A DNA stretch of 64,000 nt, from assembly GCA_963743835.1 (NCBI GenBank), contig CAVUQX010000005.1:697342-761341 (forward strand), given 5' to 3'. The notes under the pieces are model-generated. The model ran no database searches and was not told the DNA's origin. It saw only the letters and a program-made list of their open reading frames with translations. This DNA is from Candidatus Dormiibacterota bacterium. GTDB lineage: Bacteria; Chloroflexota; Dormibacteria; Aeolococcales; Aeolococcaceae. This document shows positions 1 to 8,527 of the stretch, piece by piece. The number at the start of each line of letters is the position of its first letter. Position 1 is the first letter of the stretch. A program made the position numbers and the translations under genes.

Positions 1-941
1 CATCCGTGGGCCTCTTCCGGCTGACCACGTCTGTCATGCGCGCCCGCCCGCAGCGCCGCGTGATCGTGACCGAGCGGAGCAACTTCCCAACCGACCTCTA
101 CGTCGCCCAGGGCGTCGCCGAACTGCTGGGGTGTGAGATCCGTGCAGTCGAGCGCGGCTCGCTTGGAAATGCGCTCGACAGCGATACCGCGCTGCTCATG
201 CTGACCGAGGTGGACTTCCGCTCCGGGGAGCGCCACGACATGGGCGCGCTCACTGAAGCAGCCCATGCGGTCGGTGCACTGACGCTGTGGGATCTCTCGC
301 ACTCCGCGGGCGCTGTCGAGATCCGGCTCAATGACCACCGGGTCGACCTGGCGGTCGGCTGCGGCTACAAGTACCTGAACGGTGGACCCGGTTCCCCGGC
401 ATATCTCTACGTGGCCACTGCCCTGCAGGACGAGCTGCGCAACCCGATCCAGGGATGGCTGGGCCACGACAATCCGTTTCTCTTCGACTCCGACTATCGC
501 CGTGCGCCGGGGATGCGCGGCTGGATGAGCGGGTCGCCCCCGGTGCTCGCGATCGGTGCCCTCGAAATCGGCATCGACATCCAGCTCGAGGCCGGGGCTC
601 ACGCGGTGGGGGAGAAGGCGGCGCTGCTCACCGAGGTGTTCATCCGGCGTGCGGACGTGCGTCTTCGTCCGCTCGGGTTCGAGGTTGCCACCCCGGCGTT
701 ATCGGAACGTCGCGGCGCTCAGGTCTCCCTCGGGCACAGCGACGGGCTCGCGATCGTGCGCGCGGTGGCGGACCGCGGCGTGATCGGCGACTTCCGTCCG
801 CCGGACATGTGCCGCTTCGGACTGGCTCCGCTGTACACACGCTTCGTCGACCTCTGGGATGCGGTCGAACGGATCGCGGACGTTGTCGAAAGCGGCATGC
901 ACCGGCAGGAGAAGTATCGCGAGGAAGTCGCGATCCCCTGA
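1..941 (+). CDS. kynU: kynureninase, C-terminal part (5' end outside window)
   Basis: Frame of ORF 6..941 stays open to base 1. Motifs WDLSHSAGAV, GCGYKYLNGGPGSPAYLYV (PLP-lysine region) and GWLGHDNPF are typical of kynureninase. Confidence 0.8.
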   Translation, partial: SVGLFRLTTSVMRARPQRRVIVTERSNFPTDLYVAQGVAELLGCEIRAVERGSLGNALDSDTALLMLTEVDFRSGERHDMGALTEAAHAVGALTLWDLSHSAGAVEIRLNDHRVDLAVGCGYKYLNGGPGSPAYLYVATALQDELRNPIQGWLGHDNPFLFDSDYRRAPGMRGWMSGSPPVLAIGALEIGIDIQLEAGAHAVGEKAALLTEVFIRRADVRLRPLGFEVATPALSERRGAQVSLGHSDGLAIVRAVADRGVIGDFRPPDMCRFGLAPLYTRFVDLWDAVERIADVVESGMHRQEKYREEVAIP

Positions 942-1058
942 GCTCAGCAGAGTACCTTCAGGTGGCACGGAGGATTGGCTGTTTGCACGAGGATGCCGGC
1001 AACACGGCTGCTGTGATCAGCAGCCACCGCCGCCTCGAGGACGACCTCGATTCGCCGG

Positions 1059-1760
1059 TCAGCCTCGGGTCGTTTCGCGAGGTGCGCGCCATGCTGAAAA
1101 GAATGACCAGGCGATGATGAGCACGACCATCGCGATGATGACCCACAGGGCGTAGTTGCTGATCGTCTGCGCCACGGTCACCGCGGGCTGGCCGATCGCA
1201 ACACCCGCGCCGACGATCAGCCCGATGTAGGCGAGCGTCCCGATCAGGTCGGCAATGATGAACACGAGAAACGGCATCCCCGCTTCGCCTGCCGCCATGT
1301 AGAAGAACAGCGTGGGGGCCGGCAGGAATGGCGCGAGCACGATCGTCCACACGCCGTATTTCTTGAAGAATCGCTCGCCTCTCGCGGATCGTTTGCGCCA
1401 GCGCGGATCGGTTTCGCTCAGGTAGTTGATGATGCTGCGCCCATATCGTTTCCCGGCCCAGAAGAAGAATGGATCGGTCAGCATCGAGATCGGGATCGGC
1501 GCAAGCAGCGCCAGCAGCAGTGGCACTCTCCCGACCCGCACGAAACCACCGGACGCAACCATCGAAGCGATGCTCCCGCGCAGTGCGCTCAGCAGCACCG
1601 GGTTGCGGCCGAGCAGCAGTGGTGTGAGCGGCAGCCCTACGTACGAATAGATGGTGCTGGCGATGATCGGCCCGACGCAGAGCACGTCCTTGACGCCGAT
1701 GCGCGTATGCGGCCGCTGGGGCTCAGCCGTGTGGTCGACCACCAGCGTTTCGCTGTCCAT
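1059..1760 (-). CDS. DedA/VTT-domain inner-membrane protein
   Basis: 233-aa ORF with several TM helices. DedA-like core FFFWAGKRYGRSIINYL ... FFKKYGVWTIVLAPFLP. Confidence 0.7.
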   Translation of the reverse strand: MDSETLVVDHTAEPQRPHTRIGVKDVLCVGPIIASTIYSYVGLPLTPLLLGRNPVLLSALRGSIASMVASGGFVRVGRVPLLLALLAPIPISMLTDPFFFWAGKRYGRSIINYLSETDPRWRKRSARGERFFKKYGVWTIVLAPFLPAPTLFFYMAAGEAGMPFLVFIIADLIGTLAYIGLIVGAGVAIGQPAVTVAQTISNYALWVIIAMVVLIIAWSFFSAWRAPRETTRG

Positions 1761-1795
1761 GGACCCATTGTCACCCCTCTTCCGAGGGGACGCCG

Positions 1796-2764
1796 TCAGG
1801 CGACGTCGCGGATCGGTGCCTCGAGGACGACCGCGGGTTCCGATTTCCGGCTCTGGCCAAAGAGGAGGACCACCACCGCGCCGACGATCAGGGCGGCGGC
1901 CACGACGGTCATCGGGGTCACCTGTTCACCCAGCACCACCGCGCCGAGTGCGACTGCCACGACCGGGTTCACGAATGCGTACGTCGATGCCGCGGTCACC
2001 GAGACGTGGTGGAGGAGCCAGATGTAGGCGACATACCCGACGAGCGCGCCGATGAGCACCAGGTAGATGAAGGCCGCGATCGAGGCGAACGAGATGTCGC
2101 CGAGGTGGACGCGACCGAGCTCGCCAGTGGCGACGCCCGCGATCCCAAGGAGCACACCGCCGGCGATCATCTCCATCGCGATCGCCGTGAGTGGCTGCCG
2201 GGGTGATGGTGCCTTGGGTGCGTACAGCGAGCCGAGTGCCCAGAGAACCGGCGCGAGCAGCACGACGAGCGTCTGCCAGTGCCCGGATCCGCTGCCGCCC
2301 GGACGGACAAGCAGGACGATCCCGGCGAGGCCGATAGCAATGCCGACCGCCGCCGTCCAGTTGATCCAGCGGCCGCCGAACGCCGGTGCGAACAGAGCCA
2401 TCCAGAGCGGCACCGTCGCGATGATGAGCGCGACGAACCCGCTCGGCAGGTACTGCTCGCCCCAGGCCACCCCGCCGTTGCCGAAGAGCAGCAGGCACGC
2501 GCCGATGATCAGCGCCGACCGCCAGTGGATCCGGGTGAGCCGCTCGCGGGGCGCTCCTGGTCGGTGCGTGAAGGCGAGGAGCAGCAGGCCGGCGAGCACG
2601 AAACGGGCGGACGACATGAGCAGCGCGGGGATGGTCTCACTGGCGATGTGAATCGTCAGGTACGTCGATCCCCAGATGACATATACCGCGGCAAAGGCGA
2701 TCACGATCTGAGCGCGAGATGCCTGAGGACGGGGGATGAAGTGCGTAGACACGTTCTGTGTCAT
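1796..2764 (-). CDS. EamA/DMT-family transporter
   Basis: 322-aa ORF with about 10 hydrophobic helices in two EamA-like halves (IWGSTYLTIHIASE..., VNPVVAVALGAVVLGE). Confidence 0.8.
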   Translation of the reverse strand: MTQNVSTHFIPRPQASRAQIVIAFAAVYVIWGSTYLTIHIASETIPALLMSSARFVLAGLLLLAFTHRPGAPRERLTRIHWRSALIIGACLLLFGNGGVAWGEQYLPSGFVALIIATVPLWMALFAPAFGGRWINWTAAVGIAIGLAGIVLLVRPGGSGSGHWQTLVVLLAPVLWALGSLYAPKAPSPRQPLTAIAMEMIAGGVLLGIAGVATGELGRVHLGDISFASIAAFIYLVLIGALVGYVAYIWLLHHVSVTAASTYAFVNPVVAVALGAVVLGEQVTPMTVVAAALIVGAVVVLLFGQSRKSEPAVVLEAPIRDVA

Positions 2765-2778
2765 TTGTTATGATACAA
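2765..2778. promoter_or_regulatory. candidate GntR/MocR operator TTGTTATGATACAA in an 18-nt divergent gap
   Basis: The entire gap between start codons at 2764 (-) and 2783 (+) is AT-rich and has a TTGT-N6-ACAA dyad. Confidence 0.35.
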
Positions 2779-2782
2779 AGCG

Positions 2783-4108
2783 ATGAACGTACCGATACGT
2801 TATCACATCACCGGACGCCGGGCGTCTGAGATCGCGGAGAGCGTCGAGCGCGGCATTCGCGAGGGCGAGCTCACCGCCGGCACCCGTCTGCCAACCGTCC
2901 GATCGCTGGCCTCGCATCGTGGGATCAGCACCGCGACGGTCGCGTCCGCATACCGCGAGCTGCGTCGACGCGGGCTTGTCGCCGGTGCCGGCCGCCTCGG
3001 AACCACCATCGCGCCACGCGTTCCCCCGTCGCCTCGGGGCAGGCCGATCGTGCCCGCCGGAGTCGTCGATCTCCTCTCCGGCAATCCCGATCCCGCGCTG
3101 CTGCCCGATCTCGGCGCCGCATTTGCCTCGCTGCCGGACATGCCGGTGCTCTACGGTGCCGCCGGGTCGGACCCTGACCTGCTCGCTCTTGCCGCGGCCC
3201 GTCTCGATCGCGACGGCGTGCCGCGCGACCACATGACCGTGGTCGGCGGTGCGCTCGACGGGATCCAGCTCGCGCTCATGGCCCATGTCCGGCCCGGCGA
3301 TCGCATCGCCGTGGAGGACCCGTGCTATCCCGGCGTCATCGACCTCGCCTCGGCCCTCGGTCTCACGGTCATCCCGATGGCGATCGACGGTCGCGGTCCG
3401 ACGCCGGAAGGCCTCGCACGCGCGCTCCGGAGTGGCGCCGTCGCCTGTGCGGTCACGCCTCGCGCTCAGAACCCCTATGGGTCGGCGGTCGACGCCGAGC
3501 GTGCGGCTGAGCTCAGAGCCGTGCTCGCGGGCCATCCGTCCGTGCTTGTGCTGGAAGATGATCATGCCTTCGACATCACAGAACGCGGTTGCCACTCACT
3601 TTGTGAGCCGGGGCGGGCTCGCTGGGCACATCTCCGCTCGGTGTCGAAGTCGCTGGGACCGGACCTCCGCCTCGCCGTCATGACCGGCGATGCGACCACG
3701 GTCGCCCGCGTCGAGGGCCGGCGCCTCCTTGCGGCCGGCTGGGTATCGCATCTCCTCCAGCGGCTCGTCGTCTCACTCTGGAGCGACCCCGACGCAGCAG
3801 CTCGTCGAGAGACGGTCGCGGCCCTTTACACCCGCCGCCGGGAAGGGCTCCGGTCGGCGCTGCACGCGCGGGGCATCGAGTTGCACGGGCGCTCGGGTCT
3901 CAACGTCTGGATCCCGGTGGCTCATGAGGACGCCACGGTAGCGGCGCTCCAGGAACGCGGGTGGGGGGTGCTCGCCGGGGACCGTTTCCGGATCGCCAGC
4001 CCACGCGGCATCCGGGTGACCACGTCGTGCCTTGAGCCCGACGATGCCGCTCGCTTTGCCGGGGATCTCGAAGCAGCGCTGACCCCGCAGCCGTCGCGGC
4101 TGAGCTGA
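2783..4108 (+). CDS. MocR/GabR-type regulator (GntR wHTH fused to an aminotransferase-like PLP domain)
   Basis: N-terminal HTH LPTVRSLASHRGISTATVASAYRELRRRGLV, then an aminotransferase class I/II-like fold of about 330 aa (LRSVSKSLGPDLRLA). Divergent from the EamA gene. Confidence 0.85.
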   Translation: MNVPIRYHITGRRASEIAESVERGIREGELTAGTRLPTVRSLASHRGISTATVASAYRELRRRGLVAGAGRLGTTIAPRVPPSPRGRPIVPAGVVDLLSGNPDPALLPDLGAAFASLPDMPVLYGAAGSDPDLLALAAARLDRDGVPRDHMTVVGGALDGIQLALMAHVRPGDRIAVEDPCYPGVIDLASALGLTVIPMAIDGRGPTPEGLARALRSGAVACAVTPRAQNPYGSAVDAERAAELRAVLAGHPSVLVLEDDHAFDITERGCHSLCEPGRARWAHLRSVSKSLGPDLRLAVMTGDATTVARVEGRRLLAAGWVSHLLQRLVVSLWSDPDAAARRETVAALYTRRREGLRSALHARGIELHGRSGLNVWIPVAHEDATVAALQERGWGVLAGDRFRIASPRGIRVTTSCLEPDDAARFAGDLEAALTPQPSRLS

Positions 4109-4116
4109 CCCGGTCC

Positions 4117-4899
4117 ATGGCGGAGAACCATCCCGAACGGATGCACGACGACCGGGCCCGGGCACTCTCATTCGGGGGCGTGGCTTCGCTGTACGACAAG
4201 GCCAGGCCCTCATACCCCCCGGCACTCATCGACGCGCTGATGGCGTACTCCCCGCGCCGCGTGCTCGATGTCGGGTGTGGTACCGGCAAGGCGTCCAGGT
4301 TGCTGGTCGAGCGCGGATGCGATGTGCTCGGTATCGAGCCGGATCCCGCCATGGCTGCGATCGCCCGGGGCCATGGGGTCACCGTCGAGGCGGCAACCTT
4401 CGAGACCTGGGAACCCGGCCGGCGCATGTACGACCTGATCGTTTCCGGGCAGGCCTGGCACTGGGTGAATCCGGAGCTGGGCGTGGTCAAGGCGGCCTCG
4501 CTGTTGCATCCTGAAGGACACCTCGGCGTGTTCTGGAACCGGGGACGGCCGGACAGCGCCGCCGAAGAGGCGCTGAAGGCGGTATACCGGCGACTTGCTC
4601 CGGAGATTGCCGAAACCAACGTCACCATCAAGCCGAGCGAGGAGCCGCACGACCGGCTGCGGGAATTCGCTCACGGTGACCTTTTCAGCGACATCGAGGC
4701 GCGGGCGTTTCCCTGGGAGACCACCTACGACCGGGAGAGTTGGACCGAGCTCATCGCCACCCACAGCGACCACGTCCGGCTCCCGGACGCGCAGCGCCGT
4801 AGCCTCCTCGATGCCGTCGGCGACGCCATCGATGCGCTCGGCGGCACCATGACGTACCACTATTCGACATTGCTGGTGTGGGCGAAACGGAGCATGTGA
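4117..4899 (+). CDS. class I SAM-dependent methyltransferase
   Basis: Motif I VLDVGCGTGKASRLLVERGCDVLGIEPD and post-I/II elements (YDLIVSGQAWHW). Confidence 0.8.
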   Translation: MAENHPERMHDDRARALSFGGVASLYDKARPSYPPALIDALMAYSPRRVLDVGCGTGKASRLLVERGCDVLGIEPDPAMAAIARGHGVTVEAATFETWEPGRRMYDLIVSGQAWHWVNPELGVVKAASLLHPEGHLGVFWNRGRPDSAAEEALKAVYRRLAPEIAETNVTIKPSEEPHDRLREFAHGDLFSDIEARAFPWETTYDRESWTELIATHSDHVRLPDAQRRSLLDAVGDAIDALGGTMTYHYSTLLVWAKRSM

Positions 4900-4912
4900 T
4901 GAGCCGGGCCGA

Positions 4913-5122
4913 GTGAGTCACGTCGCCGGGGAGGCGAGGGCACTCGGGTTGCGCCTGCTCACGAGACGATGGGACGATCCGCCGCACAGCATCGACACGA
5001 TGGACAGCGCGATCGCCGAGATCGCAGTGCTGCGCCGGGTAGCTGTCGATTCGGAAGACATGGAGGCGTTGCAGGAGGTGCTCGCGGAGCTCACCGAGAT
5101 GCGCAGCCAGCTGCTGTCGTGA
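4913..5122 (+). CDS. hypothetical small helical protein
   Basis: 69-aa ORF. Its TGA (5120-5122) overlaps GTG 5119-5121 of the next gene (GTGA coupling). No recognisable motif. Confidence 0.35.
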   Translation: MSHVAGEARALGLRLLTRRWDDPPHSIDTMDSAIAEIAVLRRVAVDSEDMEALQEVLAELTEMRSQLLS

Positions 5123-6223
5123 GCGTCACCGACGGTCTGCAGATCGCGCTTGGCGCCGTGATCCTCGTGGTGACGATCTACGACGTCTTCCAGTCCGTGG
5201 TCATGCCACGCCCTGCGGTGGGGCGAGTTCCGCCTCAGCTTCACGCTGATTCGGGGTGGATGGCGCGCCTGGCGAAAGGTCGCCGAGCTCCCCAGACGGC
5301 TGCAGATGCGTGAGACGGCGCTGGCCGCATTCGCACCGATGATGCTGGTGACGCTGCTCGTCATCTGGGGCTTCGCGCTCATCCTCGGCTACGCGCTCAT
5401 CTTCAACGGCCTTCGCGCGGGGTTGCAGCCACAGCCGGATTCGTTCGGGACAACGCTGTATTTCTCAACCGGCCAGATGCTCTCGTTCTCGGTCGACGGC
5501 ATCGGCGCGACCGGCGTCGCCACAAGCACGTTCGCGGCAATCGAGGCGGCGAGCGGCTTCGGTCTCTTCGCCCTGGTGATCAGCTTGCTGTTCTCACTGT
5601 TCCAGTCCTTCCAGCGGCGCGAGACCGCGGTCGTGGCGCTCGACGCCCTGGCAGGAGCACCTCCGACCGGCATCCAGCTGCTCGAGACCTGCGCCAAGGA
5701 CAACATGCCCGAGCAGCTGGTCGCGACCTTCGACGAGTGGCGGTCGTGGACGGTGGACGTCATCGAGAGCCATCTCTCGTACCCGCTGCTCTTCTACTTC
5801 CGTTCGAGCCATGACAATGAGGCGTGGGCCAACTCCTTCGGTGCCGTGATGGACGCCGCGACCCTGGTGCTGACCACCATCGATGGAGGACCGGTCGGTC
5901 AGGCACGCCTCATGCACAAGGTCGGCGCGCACTTCGTCGCCGACATGCGCGACCACTTTCGAATCACCGGCGAGCCGAATCCAGGAGTTGAGCGCGAGGA
6001 GTTCGAAGAGGCCTGCGCGCGCCTCGAGCGCGCCGGGTATCAGCTGCACAATCCCGAGAAGGCGTGGGCGGATTTCAGCCTGTTGCGCAGCAAGTACGGG
6101 GTCTGGCTGAATCAGACGACGAAGGGCCTCGGTGTTCCCCCGGCGCCCTGGATCGGCGATCGTTCGTACCTTCCCCATCGTGAACGAGCGCCGCTCGGTC
6201 CTGGTCAGCGTCGGGTCGCCTGA
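5119..6223 (+). pseudogene. ion-channel-like (pore-loop) membrane protein, reading frame broken by one extra base near 5219-5225
   Basis: The frame-1 segment VSVTDGLQIALGAVILVVTIYDVFQSVVMPRPAVG continues in frame 2 as EFRLSFTLIRGGWRAWRKV...; the junction is at the G-run GTGGGGCGAG. Length 1105 nt = 3n+1. Pore-like segment TTLYFSTGQMLSFSVDGIG. Confidence 0.6.
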
Positions 6224-6450
6224 CCGGCGTTGACGACGTAGCCGTCGCACCGGCGCACGGGGAGCGGCGGATAGCGGGGAAAGCGCGTGTCGGTATCCGC
6301 CAGCTCGCAGAGCACGAAGGTCGATCGAGCGCCCGGGACCAGCCGCGCATGAATGCACGATGCACAGAGGCCGGGATCCTGCGGAGGGTTCACGCGCACG
6401 CCGACATGGTGCGCGTGCCGGCCGCACCACCGCTTACCATGCGCGGTCAA
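6205..6450 (-). CDS. conserved small Cys-rich protein (putative zinc ribbon), function unknown
   Basis: 81-aa ORF with C-x2-C ... C ... C spacing (CASCIHARLV ... FVLCE ... RFPRYPPLPVRRCDGY), recalled as a widespread actinobacterial hypothetical family. Confidence 0.5.
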   Translation of the reverse strand: MTAHGKRWCGRHAHHVGVRVNPPQDPGLCASCIHARLVPGARSTFVLCELADTDTRFPRYPPLPVRRCDGYVVNAGQATRR

Positions 6451-7352
6451 TGCCCGCCATCACTGTTACCGAACACATCGACAAAGCCGTACGCAAGATC
6501 GACAAGTCGACGGCGATCGACCACTGGGATCGCAACCTCGGACGCTACGACGCCGAGGAGTTGATGTCCGAGGTGCTCGGCAGAACGCTGACCAAGGCGC
6601 TCCTGGAGCGAGTCCTCGACGGCACGTCGAAGAAGCGGTATGCGGCGATGGTCGCGCGGCGTATCAAGGGTGAGCCCATCCCGCGCATCAAAGGGCACTA
6701 CGCGTTTCGCGGCCTCGATCTGCTGATCAGGGACAACGTCTTCGTGCCGCGCGCATCGAGCGAGCTGCTTGCCAAAGAGGCGATCAGAGCGTTGCGACGG
6801 CAGCGCGGCCCGCGGGTTGCGGTCGACGTCGCGACCGGCGCCGGGCCGGTGGCGCTCGCGGTCGCGAACGAGGTCCGCAGCGCCGACGTCTGGGGTGTCG
6901 ACATCTCGACCGATGCCGCTCAGCTCGGCAAGGACAATGCGCGCCGCCTCGGGCTCGGGAATGCGCATTTCCGCGCCGGTGACCTTCTCGATGCGCTGCC
7001 CCGCCGGCTGCGCGGCACCATCGACGTGTTCACCATCCATCCCCCATACGTGCTCCGCAGAGACCTGAAGGAGCTGCCTCGGGAGATTCGCGAGTTCGAG
7101 CCACTTGTGTCGCTGACTGACGGATCGGATGATGGTCTCGGGCTGGTGCGCAGGCTCGCAGCGGAGGCGCACGAGTGGCTCAAGCCGGGTGGTGTGCTGC
7201 TTGTGGAGGTGGGAACGTATCTGTCGCGCCGGACGCAGGCGACACTTCGGGCTGCCGGCCTCGTCGATGTGACCTGGACGAAAGACGAGCTCGGTGTCAC
7301 CCGCGTGGTGTCCGGTCGCACGCCACGGAGCAACGGGCGTGCGCGTCGTTGA
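6450..7352 (+). CDS. HemK/PrmC-like protein glutamine-N5 methyltransferase homolog
   Basis: PrmC-like layout: GEPIPRIKGHYAFRGLDLLIRDNVFVPRASSELL, SAM motif VAVDVATGAGPVALAVA, and substrate motif position reading HPPY (7038-7049). ATG 6450 is preferred over the upstream 6360 start. Confidence 0.7.
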   Translation: MPAITVTEHIDKAVRKIDKSTAIDHWDRNLGRYDAEELMSEVLGRTLTKALLERVLDGTSKKRYAAMVARRIKGEPIPRIKGHYAFRGLDLLIRDNVFVPRASSELLAKEAIRALRRQRGPRVAVDVATGAGPVALAVANEVRSADVWGVDISTDAAQLGKDNARRLGLGNAHFRAGDLLDALPRRLRGTIDVFTIHPPYVLRRDLKELPREIREFEPLVSLTDGSDDGLGLVRRLAAEAHEWLKPGGVLLVEVGTYLSRRTQATLRAAGLVDVTWTKDELGVTRVVSGRTPRSNGRARR

Positions 7353-7369
7353 CGATGCTCAGCCCCCGG

Positions 7370-8521
7370 TCAGTCTCGGGAGGCCACCTCGTCCGGGTCT
7401 GAGGGCGCGGCCTCGTGCGCCGATGGCGCCTGCCTTCCAGTGAGCTCGGTGGCCGGCTGCGGGGCTGTCCGCACGCCGGTGAGGAGCGAATCGTCCTCGT
7501 CCGCGCGCATCAACTGATGTCGCAGCGTCTCCATCTCATGCTCGAGCGCCACCTTGGCGTCGATCACTCGCAGCAGCTCATCACGTAACAGCGAGGCCTG
7601 GCGCGCGGGGTCGGGATCATGGGTGATCGCGGCGATGCGCTCCTCCTCGTGCTCGCGCCAGCGAATCGCAAGCAGGGTTGCGGTGCCGTCCGGTGGGCGG
7701 TAGGAGCGCGCACCCGCCTCGACCACTCGACGGATGATGGCGGGGCCGCTGGACGTGTTGAGGCGCTGGCGGAGATGCAGGGGATGGCGTGGCGGTGGGT
7801 CGGTCAGCCGGAGCCGCGGCCAGTAGATGCGTACCGCGCCGTCGTAGACCGAGAGCATGCCCAGCCGCTTGGTGAGCCGATGCGAATCCTCGACACGAGG
7901 CATGAGGAAGACGTGCGCGAGTCCGCAAAGCTCGCGGGCGGTGAGCCCTGGATTGCCCGCATCCGACGGGTAGGTGCCGTCCTCCTCTTTCACGGCGCTG
8001 AAGAGCACGACAGGAAGACGGCGACCGGGATCGAGCAGGCACCCCTGGACAAAGGCGTCGATCTGCTCGCTCCCCACGACTGCCTCCGGGGTCGCGCGCA
8101 GTCGTTGGGTTCCTGCGGTCGCGCCCTCGCTGACGAAGTCGTGGAGCAGCGCGACCAGCGGCGGAGCGAGCGGCGACGGCGGCACACGAAGGTGACGCAG
8201 ATCCTGCTCCACCGATACCCCGATATCGACCACGTCACCGGTGCGCACAACGTCGACGGTGGTCAGCCAGAGCAGCGATGGATCCCATTCATCAGCGCGT
8301 TGCACGGTGATCCGGCACAGGGAACGGGTACCACCGTCGCAGCGAATGACATGGACCTGAACACCATCTTCCTGAAGGTCGGTCTCGGTGAGCGACGCCG
8401 CTGCGGTCTTAAGACCACTGGTTGCCCAGTCCCACGTTCTCTGAGCCGCTGCTTCGAAAAGCGCAGCTCCGGCCACCCCCTTATGGTCGAGGGTGAGTCT
8501 CGCCCCGAGGGCGCGGAACAT
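7370..8521 (-). CDS. hypothetical protein, 383 aa
   Basis: Long ORF with normal composition, 6 nt downstream of and co-directional with the decarboxylase gene. C-terminal coiled-coil-like segment. No motif recognised. Confidence 0.55.
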   Translation of the reverse strand: MFRALGARLTLDHKGVAGAALFEAAAQRTWDWATSGLKTAAASLTETDLQEDGVQVHVIRCDGGTRSLCRITVQRADEWDPSLLWLTTVDVVRTGDVVDIGVSVEQDLRHLRVPPSPLAPPLVALLHDFVSEGATAGTQRLRATPEAVVGSEQIDAFVQGCLLDPGRRLPVVLFSAVKEEDGTYPSDAGNPGLTARELCGLAHVFLMPRVEDSHRLTKRLGMLSVYDGAVRIYWPRLRLTDPPPRHPLHLRQRLNTSSGPAIIRRVVEAGARSYRPPDGTATLLAIRWREHEEERIAAITHDPDPARQASLLRDELLRVIDAKVALEHEMETLRHQLMRADEDDSLLTGVRTAPQPATELTGRQAPSAHEAAPSDPDEVASRD

Positions 8522-8527
8522 TGCGGC

